DNA of 64,000 nucleotides from Pristiophorus japonicus (taxonomy: Eukaryota), in NCBI RefSeq assembly GCF_044704955.1, contig NW_027251843.1, positions 372,001 through 436,000 of the forward strand. Reading direction: 5' to 3'. Of this stretch, positions 35,885-49,000 are shown one piece after another. Made by a program: the position numbers and the translations under genes. Numbering within the stretch: position 1 is the first letter of the stretch; every line of letters starts with the position of its first letter. Below the pieces are notes generated by a model. The model saw only the letters and a list, made by a program, of their open reading frames with translations. It was not told where the DNA came from and searched no databases.

Positions 35885-36989
35885 TGTAGGTGGTTTTCTC
35901 GGGCCTACTGAAAACGCACCTCCTACTACAAGTTCTGGACGATAGGGATTATATGGACAGATCAGACTCGGACACATGTTTTTCGGGCTCAACCGTATTG
36001 TGTTTAATAAGATTAACAACACCACTCATAAACAGTGCAAAACAGTACAACCCTGGCTTGTCCCCAATAAGCCCTGTCATGCTAAGTTACCACGGCTTAA
36101 TAAAAGAACCTTCCCGTGAAATAAACTAACACAGGACCCCCCCCCAGCACTAAAGCCCTTGGGTTTGGTTGGGACTTACAATCACCCCCTCACACAGCTA
36201 AGTGGTCTTGTGGATGTGTAGGCGCAGGCAATATGCTCACCCTGATTGCCCGTTGTCTTGCTTGCAGCTTCTTCCTGAACGTCTCGCTCCTGGGCTTTTT
36301 CCTGGGCTTTTTCCTGGACTTTTTCCTGGGCTTTTTCCGGAGCATTCTTCCTCCTGAGCTGGAGCTTGTTGCAAAGCGGCTCCTCATATCCCCAAAACCC
36401 ATCACCTCTCCTCCCGCCAATACTGACCAATGGATTGACTCCGGTGATCTGTCTGGACACTCCCACCGACCCGCCCCCCCCAAGGGCTGGAATGGCTCGA
36501 AATCTTTGTGAAAGATGATATTTTGTTTTCCCGCTCCCAGGCCTTGCATCTGGAGAGACAACGGGTGCTGATTACTGGATGTCTGTCGTTTCCTGAGTTG
36601 ATGGCCCCCATTAGCAGGTAATGGGTTTCGATCACAAACCGATCTTGCTTAACCGGCTTATCTCCTGGAAGACAATGGACCGGCCATTTCCTGCCTTGCA
36701 CCAGTTTGGGTTGGGACTGAGTCGTGACTGTGCTTTAATAATGTGAGGGCACAGTGTCTCTGAGTTACCTCTCGGGGTATTGTTCCCAGGAATCACTTTA
36801 GATGGTGATGACATCAATGGGCCTGGGTTCCCTGCCACCCAGCCTGTCAGTGTGAAATGTCCGGTTGTATATGAATGCACCTCAGTGCCACCACCACAAG
36901 CTCGCCAAACAGTACAGTTCTTTCTTGGGGATTTGGATTTAAGGATTTAAAGTATTGTTGATAGAAATGGCCAGAAAGCTGGTGCTACA
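35885..36989. mobile_element. Probable solo LTR, ~1.1 kb (second copy 54040-55144)
   Basis: TGTAG...CTACA termini, near-matching flanks GTACC/GTTCC, internal 12-bp repeat (ctgggctttttc)x~4. Confidence 0.5.
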
Positions 36990-37690
36990 GTTCCTCACCT
37001 CGGGGACAATAATGGTATGTTCCTCACCTGTCCTTTTCCTCTCCTCCCCTCCCCTCCCCCCCACACCCGGGGACAATAATGGCATTTTCCTCACCTCTCC
37101 CTCCTCTCCCACACGCAGGGACAATAATGGTAGGTTCCGCACTTCTCCATCTCCTCTCCCCCGCCGGTGACAATAATAGTATGTTCCTCACCTCTCGCTC
37201 TCCCCCCCCCCATCCCGGGGACAATAATGGTATGTTCCTCACCTCTCGCTCTCCCCCCCGGGGACAATTATGGCATGTTCCTCACCTCTCCGTCTCCTCT
37301 CAGCCCCCGGGGACAGTAATGGTATGTTCTTCATCTCTCCCACTCCTCTCACCCCCTGGGGACAATAATGGTATGATCCTATCCTTTCCTCTCCCCGCCC
37401 ACCCCACACCGGAGTCAATAATGGTATGTTTCTCACCTCACCCTCTCCCCTGACGGTTACAATAATTGTATGTTCCTCACCTTTCCCTCTCCTTTTCCAC
37501 CCCAGAGACAATAATGGTATGTTTAATGGTATGTTCCTCATCTCTCCCTCTCCCCCCGCCCCCCCCTCCCAGGACAATAATGTTACGTTCCTCACCTCCT
37601 CCCCACCTCCAGGGACAATGATGGTATGTTCCTCACCTTCCCATCCCCCCCCCCCCAACCCGGGGACAATAATGGTATGTTCCTTGTTAA
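36990..37690. repeat. Pyrimidine-rich variable-unit minisatellite (second copy ~55145-55845)
   Basis: Repeated ggggacaataatggtatgttcctcacct plus C/T-rich spacers. Confidence 0.85.
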
Positions 37691-37703
37691 ACTCATCATT
37701 AAG

Positions 37704-39480
37704 TGATGTAACTGAGTACTGTGGACAATGAGTAAGTGCGACCTTAGCTCCTTTAATTAAACTCCAGAGTGTCGGTACAGCGTGGGAGACCTGCTTACAT
37801 ACAGTGCTCCCAAGGGATGCTGGGGTCCCTTGGGACTCCAACAGGTAGGCCCTCTGGTGGTGGTATGATACAGGTTGCCAAGGGTTACATACATAACATC
37901 ACTCCCTCCCAAAGTCAATAGTACACTTATTTACAGGGTGAGACGATCTGGGGCTTTTCGCTCCCTTGTCGATCATCTCGGTACAAATGCAGGTTTGGGT
38001 GAGTTGATTGATTCTACGCTGGGCAGCTGGCCTTGCCGGACTGCTGGGGATGGTGAGTTCAGCTTTGTGGTCGACCGTGATGTCTGTTGCCACTTTCGTG
38101 TCTGTTGGAGGGTGAAAGTTGGTGATGTCCTCTTCGGGTTGCTCGTGGCTGTTTGTGAATTACAGTTTAGTTGAGTCCAAATGCTTTCTGCAAGTTAGTC
38201 CATTAGCCAGATTGACCTGAAACACCCTACTCCCTTCTTTGGCTATGATGGTGCCAGAAAGCCATTTGGGACCATGTCCATAGTTGAGTACAAATACATG
38301 GTCATTTACCTCAATATCGCATGACAAGTTTGCGCGATCATGGTACATGCTTTCTTGATGTCGACTGCCCTCGACGTGATCATGGAGATCAGGGTGGACA
38401 AGAGAGAGCCTTGTTTGAGTGCCCTTTTACAGCTCAGTTGGGGGAACCCCAGTGAGCGAGTGGAGTCTGGTGCGGTAGCTGAGCAGGACTCGGGACAGGC
38501 GGGTCTGCAGGGAGCCTTCCGACACATGTTTCAAATTTTGCCTGATGGGTTGGACTGCCCGTTCTGCCTGGCCATTGGATTCAGGCTTGAATGGGCCAGA
38601 TGTGATGTGCTTGATCCCATTGCGAGCCATCGTCGCTGACAAGGACATCAGGCAGGCCGTGTGGGGCGAACATGGCTCGTAGGCTTTCGATGGTGGCAGT
38701 GGACGTGCTTACAGATATTATTACACACTCAATCCATTTTGAATAAACATCCACAACAACCAAAAACATTTTGCCTAGAAATGGACCCGCAAAGTCAATC
38801 TGGATCCTAGACCACAGTTTGGAGGGCCATGACCACAAACTTAGCGGTGACTCTCTAGGTGCATTGTTCAGTTGAGAGCAAGTGTTGCATTGGCGCATGC
38901 AGGATTCCAAATCTGAGTCGATGCCAGGCCACCACACATAGGATCTGGCTATAGCTTTCATCATTACTATTCTTGGCTGGGTAATGTGTAGGTCACGTAT
39001 GAACGTTTCTCTGCCTTTCTTAGGCAAAACCACATGATTGCCCCACAAAAGACAGACCGCCTGTATGGACATTTCGTATTTGCACCACTGGAACGGCTTG
39101 ATCTCTTCATGCATCTCCGCTGGGACACTGGGCCAGCTCCCATGGAGGACACAGTTTTTTACAAGGGACAGTAAAGAATACTGGCTGGTCCAGGTCCTGA
39201 TCTGGCGGGCCGTAATGGGTGACATTTCGTTTTCAAATGCATCCATCGCCAAGAGCAAGTCTGCAGGCTGTGCCATTTCCACCCTGGTAGCCGACTGAGA
39301 GCATCAGCGCAGTTCTCTGTGCCTGGTCTATGCGGATTACATAGTTATATGCAGACAGCGTGAGCGCCCATCTTTGGATGCGGGCAGAGGCATTGGTATT
39401 AATCTCTTTGCTCTCTGAGAATAGCAATATGAGTGGCTTATGGTCAGTTTCTAACTCAAACTTGAGACCAAACAAATACT
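37704..39480 (-). mobile_element. Ty3/Gypsy 3' fragment (RNase H end, integrase, PPT, ~190-bp 3' LTR); second copy 55859-57635
   Basis: ETDHKPL, ARIQRWAL, ARSYVWWPGID..C..C, IDFAGPF, SNGQAERAV. PPT gggagggagtga on the minus strand next to the LTR at ~37704-37898. Confidence 0.88.
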
Positions 39481-40910
39481 GGTGTATTACTGCTAGTGTC
39501 TGTCACTGTAGGATATACTGAGTGTGGCTCATTAACGGTGTGGAACACTGTACCCCAGTGACCGTGTATTACTGGGAGTGTCTGTGTCTGTAGGATATAC
39601 TGAGTGAGTCTCACTAACGGTGTGGAACACTGTACCCCAGTGACCGTGTATTACTGGGAGTGTCTGTGTCTGTAGGATATACTGAGTGTGGCTCATTAAC
39701 CAGTGTGGAACACCATACCCCAGTGACCAGGTATTACTGGGAGTGTCTGTGTCTGTCGGATATACTGAGTGAGGCTCATTAACCAGTGTGGAACAACGTA
39801 CCCCAGTGACCGTGTATTACTGGGAGTGTCTGTGTCTGTAGGATATACTGAGTGTGGCTCATTAACCGGTGTGGAACACCATACCCCAGTGACCGTGTAT
39901 TATTGGGAATGTCTGTGACTGTAGGATATACTGAGTGAGGCTCATTAACCAGTGTGGAACACTGTACCCCATTGACCGTGTATTACTGGGAGTGTCTGTG
40001 TCTGTCGGATATACTGAGTGAGGCTCACTGACGGTGTGGAACACTGTACCCCAGTGACCGTGTATTACTGGGAGTGTCTGTGGCCGTAGGATATACTGAG
40101 TGAGGCTCATTAACCAGTGTGGAACAATGTACCCCAGTGACTGTGTATTACTGGGAGTGTCTGTGTCTGTAGGATATACTGAGTGAGTCTCACCAACGGT
40201 GTGGAACACCGTACCCCAGTGACTGTGTATTACTGGGAGTGTCTGTGACTGTAGGATATACTGAGTGAGGCTCATTAACCAGTGTGGAACACTGTACCCC
40301 ATTGACCGTGTATTACTGGGAGTGTCTGTGACTGTAGGATATACTGAGTGAGACTCATTAACCAGTGTGGAACACTGTACCCCAGTGACCGTGTATTACT
40401 GGGAGTGTATGTGACTGTAGGATATACTGAGTGAGGCTCACTAACCGGTGTGGAACAACGTACCCCAGTGACCGTGTATTACTGGGAGTGTCTGTGTCTG
40501 TAGGATATACTGAGTGAGGCTCATTAACCAGTGTGGAACAACGTACCCCAGTGACTGTGTATTACTGGGAGTGTCTGTGTCTGTAGGATATACTGAGTGT
40601 GGTTCATTAACCAGTGTGGAACAACGTACCCCAGTGACCGTGTATTACTGGGAGTGTCTATGACTGTAGGATATACTGAGTGAGGCTCATTAACCGGTGT
40701 GGAACACCATACCCCAGTGACCGTGTATTACTGGGAGTGTCTGTGTCTGTAGGATATACTGAGTAAGGCTCACTAACGGTGTGGAACACTGTACCCCAGT
40801 GACTGTGTATTACTGGGAGTGTCTGTGTCTGTAGGATATACTGAGTAAGGCTCATTAACCAGTGTGGAACACCATACCCCAGTGACTGTGTATTACTGGG
40901 AGTGTCTGTC
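39481..40910. repeat. 82-83-bp minisatellite, ~17 units (second copy 57636-58238, ~7 units)
   Basis: Unit ctgtaggatatactgagtgaggctcattaaccagtgtggaacaccgtaccccagtgaccgtgtattactgggagtgtctgtgt. Confidence 0.93.
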
Positions 40911-41669
40911 ACCATACAATTGTGCTGAGTGTGAGTCATTAAGCGGTGTGGAACAAATCGATTCTACTTTGAAATATTTGTTTTCGATGATCGACTTCTG
41001 AACTCCGTGGAGTTGCGTTCGTGTTTTGTGAAATGTAATCGTTGGCAAAGGGGGATATTGCAGCTGCTGGTTGAAGGTGTTTGGTTAGAAGTGTATCAAG
41101 TGAAATGCATTGATATTGCTGTTTCCTACTGAACTGCACCAATAGAAACAAACGTTAACTATTTACTGACCGGTGAACAGCAGGACAGCACTGTTACATT
41201 ATTCAGAAGCTCTGTATAATGAGTATAGTGACTGTAAACACTTTAATTGTTTTGGTGTTGATTAATCTCCTTCCCCCAACATGGTCCTGAGAATCTGTGG
41301 GTCCTGAGAGCTGAATTTAATGATCTTACTATTGCACAGGATGGATATTGGGCTGTGGTTATTGATTATTAAACTTCTGTAACTGATAAGAATATGATGG
41401 ATCAGATCTTATCTATGATTCAGATTCTCTACGCAGGTAACCTGCAGCGATCTCTGCCGCAAGCTCAGCGAGGTCTGTTTCTGGGAGCAGAGACACGTAT
41501 AACTGGAGAACATACATATCGGGTTTTCATAATAAACAGATCAGTCCGAGGGCAGGAAACAATTATATCAGTAATTGGTTAATAATGAAATATATAGTGC
41601 AATGCTTCAATAACTAAACTACTTCAATATCTGCAATGCTATGTCGAACTGATGACTGTGATTAATTAA

Positions 41670-43064
41670 TGTTATGCATGTAATTAGACCTTACCCAAAT
41701 GTAAGACTTGCCACCAGGGGGCACACCTGTGGGAGACCGAAGGGTCACCTGTGCACCCTGGGGCAAGCAGGTATAAAAGGTGACTCACTCTGGAGTCTGA
41801 AATAAAGAGACCAAGGACACAACAGTTTGAGCTTGCGATATAGTCCTGTGGATTTATTCTGAACATAACAAAGTGGCGACGAGTAATGGATCACAAACTT
41901 TCACGCAGCAATGACTGCCATTGGTATTCTTGAGGGTGATGATTGGGAAGCCTTCATTGAGTGCCTCGACCAGTACTTTGTGGCCAACGAATTGGACAAG
42001 GCTGAGATGGCGGCCAAGCATAGGTCGATTCTCCTCACCATATGTGGGTCATCGTTATATGGCCTCCTAAAAAACTTGCTGGCAATAGTCAAAATAATGG
42101 ACAAATCTTATGCAGAGCTATGTACGCTGGCTAGGGAACACCTCAAGCCAACAGAGAGCATCCTGATGGCCAGGTACCAATTTATACTCACCAGCCCTCC
42201 GAGGGCCAGAACATGGCGCGTTTTGTCACTGACCTAAGGCGCCTTGCGGGGCAGTGCAACTTTGCAGGATCCTTGGGGGAAATGTTGAGGGTCTTTTTTG
42301 TGCTTGGAATTGGCCACGAGGGCATTCTTCGCAAACTGCTGTCTGCCGAATCCCTAGATCTGAGCAATAGCCAAGCATCATGATAGCCCAAGCCTTCATA
42401 TCCATGAGCGATAACATGAAACAGATATCTTCACAGAATCGAAGCTCACTGGCGAGCACCGTGCACAAAATAACGGTTGCAGCAGGCAGAATGGTGTAGG
42501 GCAGGGCCCACCCGATTGCAGAGGCCAGACCTAGGCCTAGAGTGACTCAGAGTCCGCCGTAGGGCATGAATGCATATCCATTAGCACCATGTTGGTGCTG
42601 CGGGGGCAGCCATTGAGCTGATCAATGTCGATTGAAGCCCTATTTGTGCAAGGCCTGTGGAACAATGGGGCACCACCGGGTGGCAGAGTCAGGAGAGGAT
42701 GACCGATCCTGTGGGGATCACGATGAACGAGCAGGAGAGGCAACTGAACCTGAGGGTAAAGAGGAAGTAGAGGGATACACACCTTCACCGCCAAAAGCCC
42801 TCCGATAATGTTAAAAGTTGAACTTAACAGCCCTTCAGTCTCCATGGAACTAGACACGGGGGCAAGTCAATCAGTTATGAGCCAGAAGGCATTTGAGAGG
42901 CTGTGGGGCAACGAAACACAGAGACCCAAGCTGATCCCGATTCAGGAAAATCTGCGCACCTACACCAAGAAACTCATATCAGTTATTGGTAGTGCGGACA
43001 TAAGAGTATCCCATGAGGGAGCAGTGCACGAGTTACCACTGTGGATTGTTTCAGGTGATGGGCC
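41670..43064 (+). mobile_element. Ty3/Gypsy 5' part (LTR 41670-41870, tRNA-Ser-like PBS, gag, protease), cut by the duplication junction
   Basis: TGTTATG...CATAACA LTR, TGGCGACGAG at 41874, gag DDWEAFIECLDQYFVAN, protease MELDTGAS. Confidence 0.88.
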
Positions 43065-46000
43065 CTTCTTTCAGCCATGTCTCAGTAATATCTATAATAT
43101 CGTACTCTCAAGTGTCTATCTGTGCTCTCAGCTCATCTGCCTTATTCCCTATACTCCATGCATTGAAGTATATACCATTTAGCACTGCCAAACTGCCTTG
43201 TTGTCTATTTTCTAGGCTTTGTTTCCTTGGTCTTCCAAATTCACTGTCTAGTTTTCTGCTTTCCAATTCCAGCTTTGCTTCTTTCCCCTCTGAATCTATT
43301 CTCCGGTTCCCATCCCCCTGCCAAGCTAGTTTAAACCCTCCGCAACAGCACTACCAAAGCCCCCTGTGAGGATATTGGTCCCGGCTCTGCTGAGGTGCAA
43401 CCCATCCAGCTTGTACAGGCCCCACCTCCCTCAGAAATGGTCCCAATGTCTCAGGACACAAAAAACCCTCCCTCCTGCACCATCTCTACTGCCACGCATT
43501 CATCTGCTCTATTCTCCTATCTCTGTACTCACTAGCACGTGCCACCGGGAGTAATCCGGTGATTACTACCTTTGAGGTCTTGCTTTTTAATCTCTCTCCT
43601 AGCTCCCAAAACTCTGTTTGTAGGACCTCATCCCTCTTTCTACCTGTCATTGATACCGATATGGACCACAACCTCTGGTTGTTGTCGAAATCTCGACCTC
43701 CGAAAAGAATGACTCCGACACTTACAGCTCCGGCAGAAGTTTCTTTAACTTACTTGCTAGCAAGGGGCAGGTCACACTCAGTCAAGGGCTAAATGAACAC
43801 CTCCGAAATGGTACAGTTTCACAAGATATTTATACAGTAAAACCCAAGTTATGGCCTCTCCCTGTGTATTGGCTCTGTCTCGTAGTCAGTGAATACAGAT
43901 AAAGAGTTAATTACTACATCCTTGTCCTGACATGGTTTCCAGATATTTCCTTTTGTCAGGGTTATTCGTTGGCCAGCCGGCCATTACTCCATGAGAGTGA
44001 GGTAATGAGCTATTACCTGTCTTGCATTGTGTCAGGATTGTTCAGTTTCCTAGTCAGTTTATCTGTTTGCATCAAATGGATGTGGTCTCTACAAGAGATA
44101 ATGGCTGGTGGTTTGAGTCTAGAAGAAAAGGGTGGGGTGACATGGAACTCTTGTCGTGTAGACAATAGAGCACCATGGGCGGGGTGGGGGGGGGTACTTG
44201 TCTCAGCATGACTTGTCTCCTAGCTGTCTGATGGCCATCAGCCACCTCAAAACAGGTTTAGCTGCTTATGCAAGCTGACTGCTTTCATGCAGAAAGTTCT
44301 GGAAGGACCAGGACTCCATTTTGTTATATATATTGCAAAGGACACACAAATACCATATGGTATCAGCTTAGATAAAAATACATTTCCACATTCCCCCATT
44401 TTGTCCTTCACAAGGACAACTCAATCCATTCTGATCTTGTACAGTCTCTCCATTTCCATTTCCACACAAGAGCCTTCAGTAGTTGTTGCTACCATAACTC
44501 TAGCCGTGGTCTCGGTAGGTAATATGGTTTTTCCCACCCTGGCACAGCAACACTTAACCAAGACAAATAATTGATACAGGGCGAAGACTATCAGTAGGAA
44601 TATGATCAAACTCTGTACCACAGATTTCCCTAGGGATCCCAACCATCCCGATGCCCACCCCACAAGGTGATACCGTCCTGGCCAACTATCTGTTTATACT
44701 TTATTACCTTTTTCCTGATATATTCAGCTAGATTGCCGATTTCTTCTGATTTATCTGGGCTATACGTACAGCATTCTTCACCTATTAATGCGCATGTCCC
44801 TCCCTCCTTGGCTAGGAGATAATCTAAGGCCATACGATTTTGGAGAGCCACTGTTCGAATAGCTACCATTTCATCAGTTACCCCTTCAAAGGCTTGGGAA
44901 GTTGCGTTGGCTACTGATTCAACTAAGTTAGCCAGTTACCGTAACTGCCATTCGGTTGATGCTATTCCATAAGGTGGCACCATTACCTTGATTATTCCGT
45001 TTAGCCATGTCAAATCCCGTTTAAGTCTATGACTTCCATCGGCATCCCTTAGAGTCTTTATTGATCTGATAAAGGGTACCACATATCCTAAGTAACAGGA
45101 CCCTGTCCAGTTGGCTGGTAATCATGGGTAGGCTTTATGGCCACAAATAAAGTAGGTGCAATTATAGGACGTCAGCTCCTGGTCCTTTTGCGCCATCCCT
45201 ACTCGAGTGGTCTCACCTTCCCACCCTTCACCTGGGGCTTTGTTATGGACCATTGTCCAGCCAACGGTTGCTATCTTTCTCTCAGTGGTATTAGTTGTGG
45301 CTTGCCATTTAGTCATTTGGGAACACTTGCTGCGTCCCATTTCTGGTCCTTTAGTTTCATTACTCACGAGGCATATTATACCTTCGGGATTTTCTATTCT
45401 GGGAGTAATACTTAGGAAGGGAGCCTGATGGTTATTATCATAATTGGGCTGGTACCATCCCTGGAAGGCTGTAAGTTTATACCCTGCCGACCTCCATTCT
45501 GTTTGCTCCTTCGTTTCTGGCCCCTTAGTTAGGTTTGTCCTATTCTACCATTTCTGATTCGTTAAAGGGGACCGATCTCAGGGGAATGCCCCCTTCGGAG
45601 TGGACAGGTACATGGGAACATATCCAACAACTCGACAAGTTTCTTTCTTGAGCATACCTATGACTCAGTGCCATAAATACGTTTACTTGCAATTCCCTTC
45701 GGTGCCGGGTCTGTACCCCTGGTGTAATCAATAATGCAAAGTAAAACCCTGTCAAGCCAAGCACCATCAGTCCCCATAGTCCATACAGTTCCTTATTCAG
45801 TCTTCCTTTTTCTGTTCCTCTGATTCCTTCTTCCCTTCCTCCTGGTCGGGTGCCCGTTTGCAATGGGATGCATGGATTCATGTTGGTCTTTCCTTTACCT
45901 TGATTGCAGTATTGGTCGCCAACAAGACCTGGTATGGTCCTTCGAATCTTGGCTGTAGACTGCTTTTTCTTTTAAAAATCTTGATGTAAACAAATTCCCC

Positions 46001-49000
46001 TGGCTCCAGGTTATGACACTTCCTTCCGCTGGCTTGACTTGAGCTCCCTTTACCTGTGAATGAAAGCTGGAAATACATTTGGTTAGTGCAATACAATAAT
46101 TCAACATATTTTCCTCCATTTTGTGGATGTCCATTTGTTTTGCAGTAAATGGTGCTGTAAAAGGTAGTCGTTGGGGACGTCCCATAACTATCTCATGCGG
46201 TGACAGGCCTGTTGTTCTGTTGGTTGCAGATCACATTACCATCAAAGCTAAAGGCAGCAGTTCTGTCCATTTCAGTCCAGTGTCATTGCATAATTTTGCC
46301 AGCTTATTTTTAAGCATTCCATTATATCTTTCAACAAATCCAGCTGATTGTGGATGATAACTGCAATGAAAACGTTGATTAACCTGCAAAGCTTTACACA
46401 TTTCTCTTATAACAGTTCCCGTTATCACTAGAAAGCATGGCAGGGATTCCGAAGCACGGTACGATTTCCTTTAACAAACATTTAGCAACAGTAGTGGCAT
46501 TGGCCTTTTTACATGGAAAGGCTTCAATCCATCTCGAGAACACATCTACAATACCTAATACATACTTGAATCCCATACACATAGGTAATTCAATAAAATC
46601 CATTTGTAAATGTACAAAAGGCCCGACTGGATTTGGGTGGGAGGCAGATTCTACTTTTTCCGTCTTACCCGGATTCATTGTCTGACAGTTAACACAATTT
46701 TCACAGATTTGTTTTGCAATTGCCGAAATACCTGGTGCATACCAAGTTGTCAAAATATAATCTGCCAATCCCCCTTTGCCTGCATGTGTGAATGTATGAA
46801 CACATCGGGCTATCCATGGAAGTAAGGATCTAGGGGCCACCACACGGCCGTCGTGGTGAACCCATATTCCTTCTGGATTTTTATAACATTGATCCTTCGT
46901 CCAGGTCACCACCTCCTCCGTACTGGCCTGTGTCTGAAAGGTCAGCACGTCATTAATAGTGGGTGGCGGGACTGAGCAATTATTTTTCCTTAGTGGGAAC
47001 AATGACACCTGCATCCCCCCTTTTGACACAGCTGCTGACTTAGCTGCATTATCAGCTCTGGCATTCCCAAGTGCCACCTCATTCGACTGGCCTGTATGTG
47101 CTTGGCATTTGATAATGGCAAGTTTCAAGGGGCATTGAATGGCTTGCAGAAGATTTTCCACTTTTGATAGGGGTTCCTGAAGAAGTCAGGTACCCGCGAA
47201 TCTTCCAAATTTGTCCATAGTCATGTGATACCCCAAAAGCATACCTGGAGTCAGTGTAGATATTAACTGTTTGTCCTTCAGCCAGAATACAGGCTCGAAT
47301 TAACGCAAACAATTCGGCTTGTTGGGCTGAAAAGGAGTCTGGAAGAGAGACTGTTTCGACAACATTAAACTGGATTACAATTGCATAAGCCGCTCTAGGT
47401 TGGCCCCTATCATTTCGTAGGGCTGATCCGTCAACATAGTACACTAAATCAGGGTTACACATTGGTACATCTGTTAGATTGATACGTGGTTTAGTCACTA
47501 ATTCGGTTACCATTTCACATGAATGGGGTTCGCCGTCTTCTTCCGTGGGGAGTAGAGTGGCTGGATTTAAGGTAGTGCATCTTTTGATGATAAGGTTCGG
47601 ATTTGATAACAGTTCGACTTCATATTTAGTGGTTCTTGCAGAGGTTAGGTGTTGGGTGGCACATTTAGTAAGTAAAATCTCGACAGAGTGTGGGATATAC
47701 AAAATGGTCTGATGATTTAGAGTTATTGTCTGAGCCTGTTGCATAGCATAATAAGCTGCTGCCAACGAAGGAAGACATCTTGGTAGTCCGCGTGTCACTG
47801 GGTCTAGTTGGGTACTGAAATACGCTACCGGCCGCTGCCTGTCCCCATGTAACTGAGTCAAAACAGATTGTGCAAAACCCGACTTGTGATGCACAAATAA
47901 GTTGAATAGCTGAGTGTAATCTGGTAATCCCAAGGCTGGTGCTGAAGTGAGGGGCTGCCTAAGACTCTGGAAAGCATTCCGGGATACTTCATTCCAAATC
48001 CTTCTTTAAGCATTGTGAGAATATAGTAGGTTCATTCACAGCTCGTAGGTCATGGACAAACCTCCATTTGTGTGGGCTTCTGAACTGGAAGAATCAGTGT
48101 GTTACACGGATTTCTCATTTATGCTTATAGTGATTCACAGATCACAGAATGTAAAGTACTTGTTTTCTAATCTTATTAAAAGGCTTCCAAACCCAAGATT
48201 TTTCCAATACACCCAAAATGTTGATCAAGGAGATCACCTCAAATATCTCAAAATCCCAATTCAACTATTGTACTGCCACTCTTTATCAAAAAAAACAAAT
48301 CCTCTTACTGAGCTAGAAGCTTTTGTACCAAGATTTTACACCAAGGACAATGAGAGTGTATTCCCCCAGCCTGCACCTCGAGAGACCCACAAAGGCTTTT
48401 TTTAAAAAAAAGGCATTACAACTTCCCAAGGCATTACAACTTCCCAAGGCATTACAACTTTTAACCACCGGGACCATGTCTCAACAAACCTACCCTTTGT
48501 GCATTTCCTAGCTCCGTAACTTCTCATCCGAATAAATCCACACCTGCGCTTCTAACTTAAAATGTCTTAAACTTCCCACATACAGGACAACACTATGAAG
48601 GGTTAAAAAACTTCACTTTGTTTGAAAAAGTGGGTGGAGCTAAAACAAACAGGCAGCTCCACAACCCTTCCAAATAGGTTTCCAGACACAAGAAAAAAAA
48701 CACAGAAGCGCTCTCATTCAAAGACAAGACATTCACCACTCTCATTCAAAGACAAGACATTCACAAAAGTCTCTCTCCATTCAATAAAGCTTCTCCTTTT
48801 TTTAATCCATAAGTCACTATCAGGTTCTCTTATGGCATTTAATTTACTTCCTCTGTTAAATTTTACATGGGCTTGAAGAATCGGAACCCAGGCCTTTTCT
48901 ATTACTTTCCTTTTTTTTCTACCTGGATCTCTGTTTATAAGACACTCCTCTAGACATGTTGTTCTCTCTAAATTAAATGAACCATCGGGTGGAAATGGCC

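Larger units (their letters stand above)
24893..43064. repeat. Tandem segmental duplication, unit 1 (18,172 bp)
   Basis: Near-identical to 43065-60392 along its whole length. Confidence 0.95.

Noticed and set aside
35311-37841. Repetitive ORFs (LRECCTVRGA, EKAQEKVQ, HTIIVPG)
   Set aside because: Translations of minisatellites and an LTR-internal repeat.
39481-40910. Regular repeat array resembling CRISPR or an RSS array
   Set aside because: Units are contiguous with no unique spacers, there are no cas genes, the context is vertebrate, and heptamer-like words lack nonamers.
41470-41512. J-segment-like peptide LFLGAETRITG
   Set aside because: Does not fit FGxGT, and has no upstream RSS or correctly placed donor.
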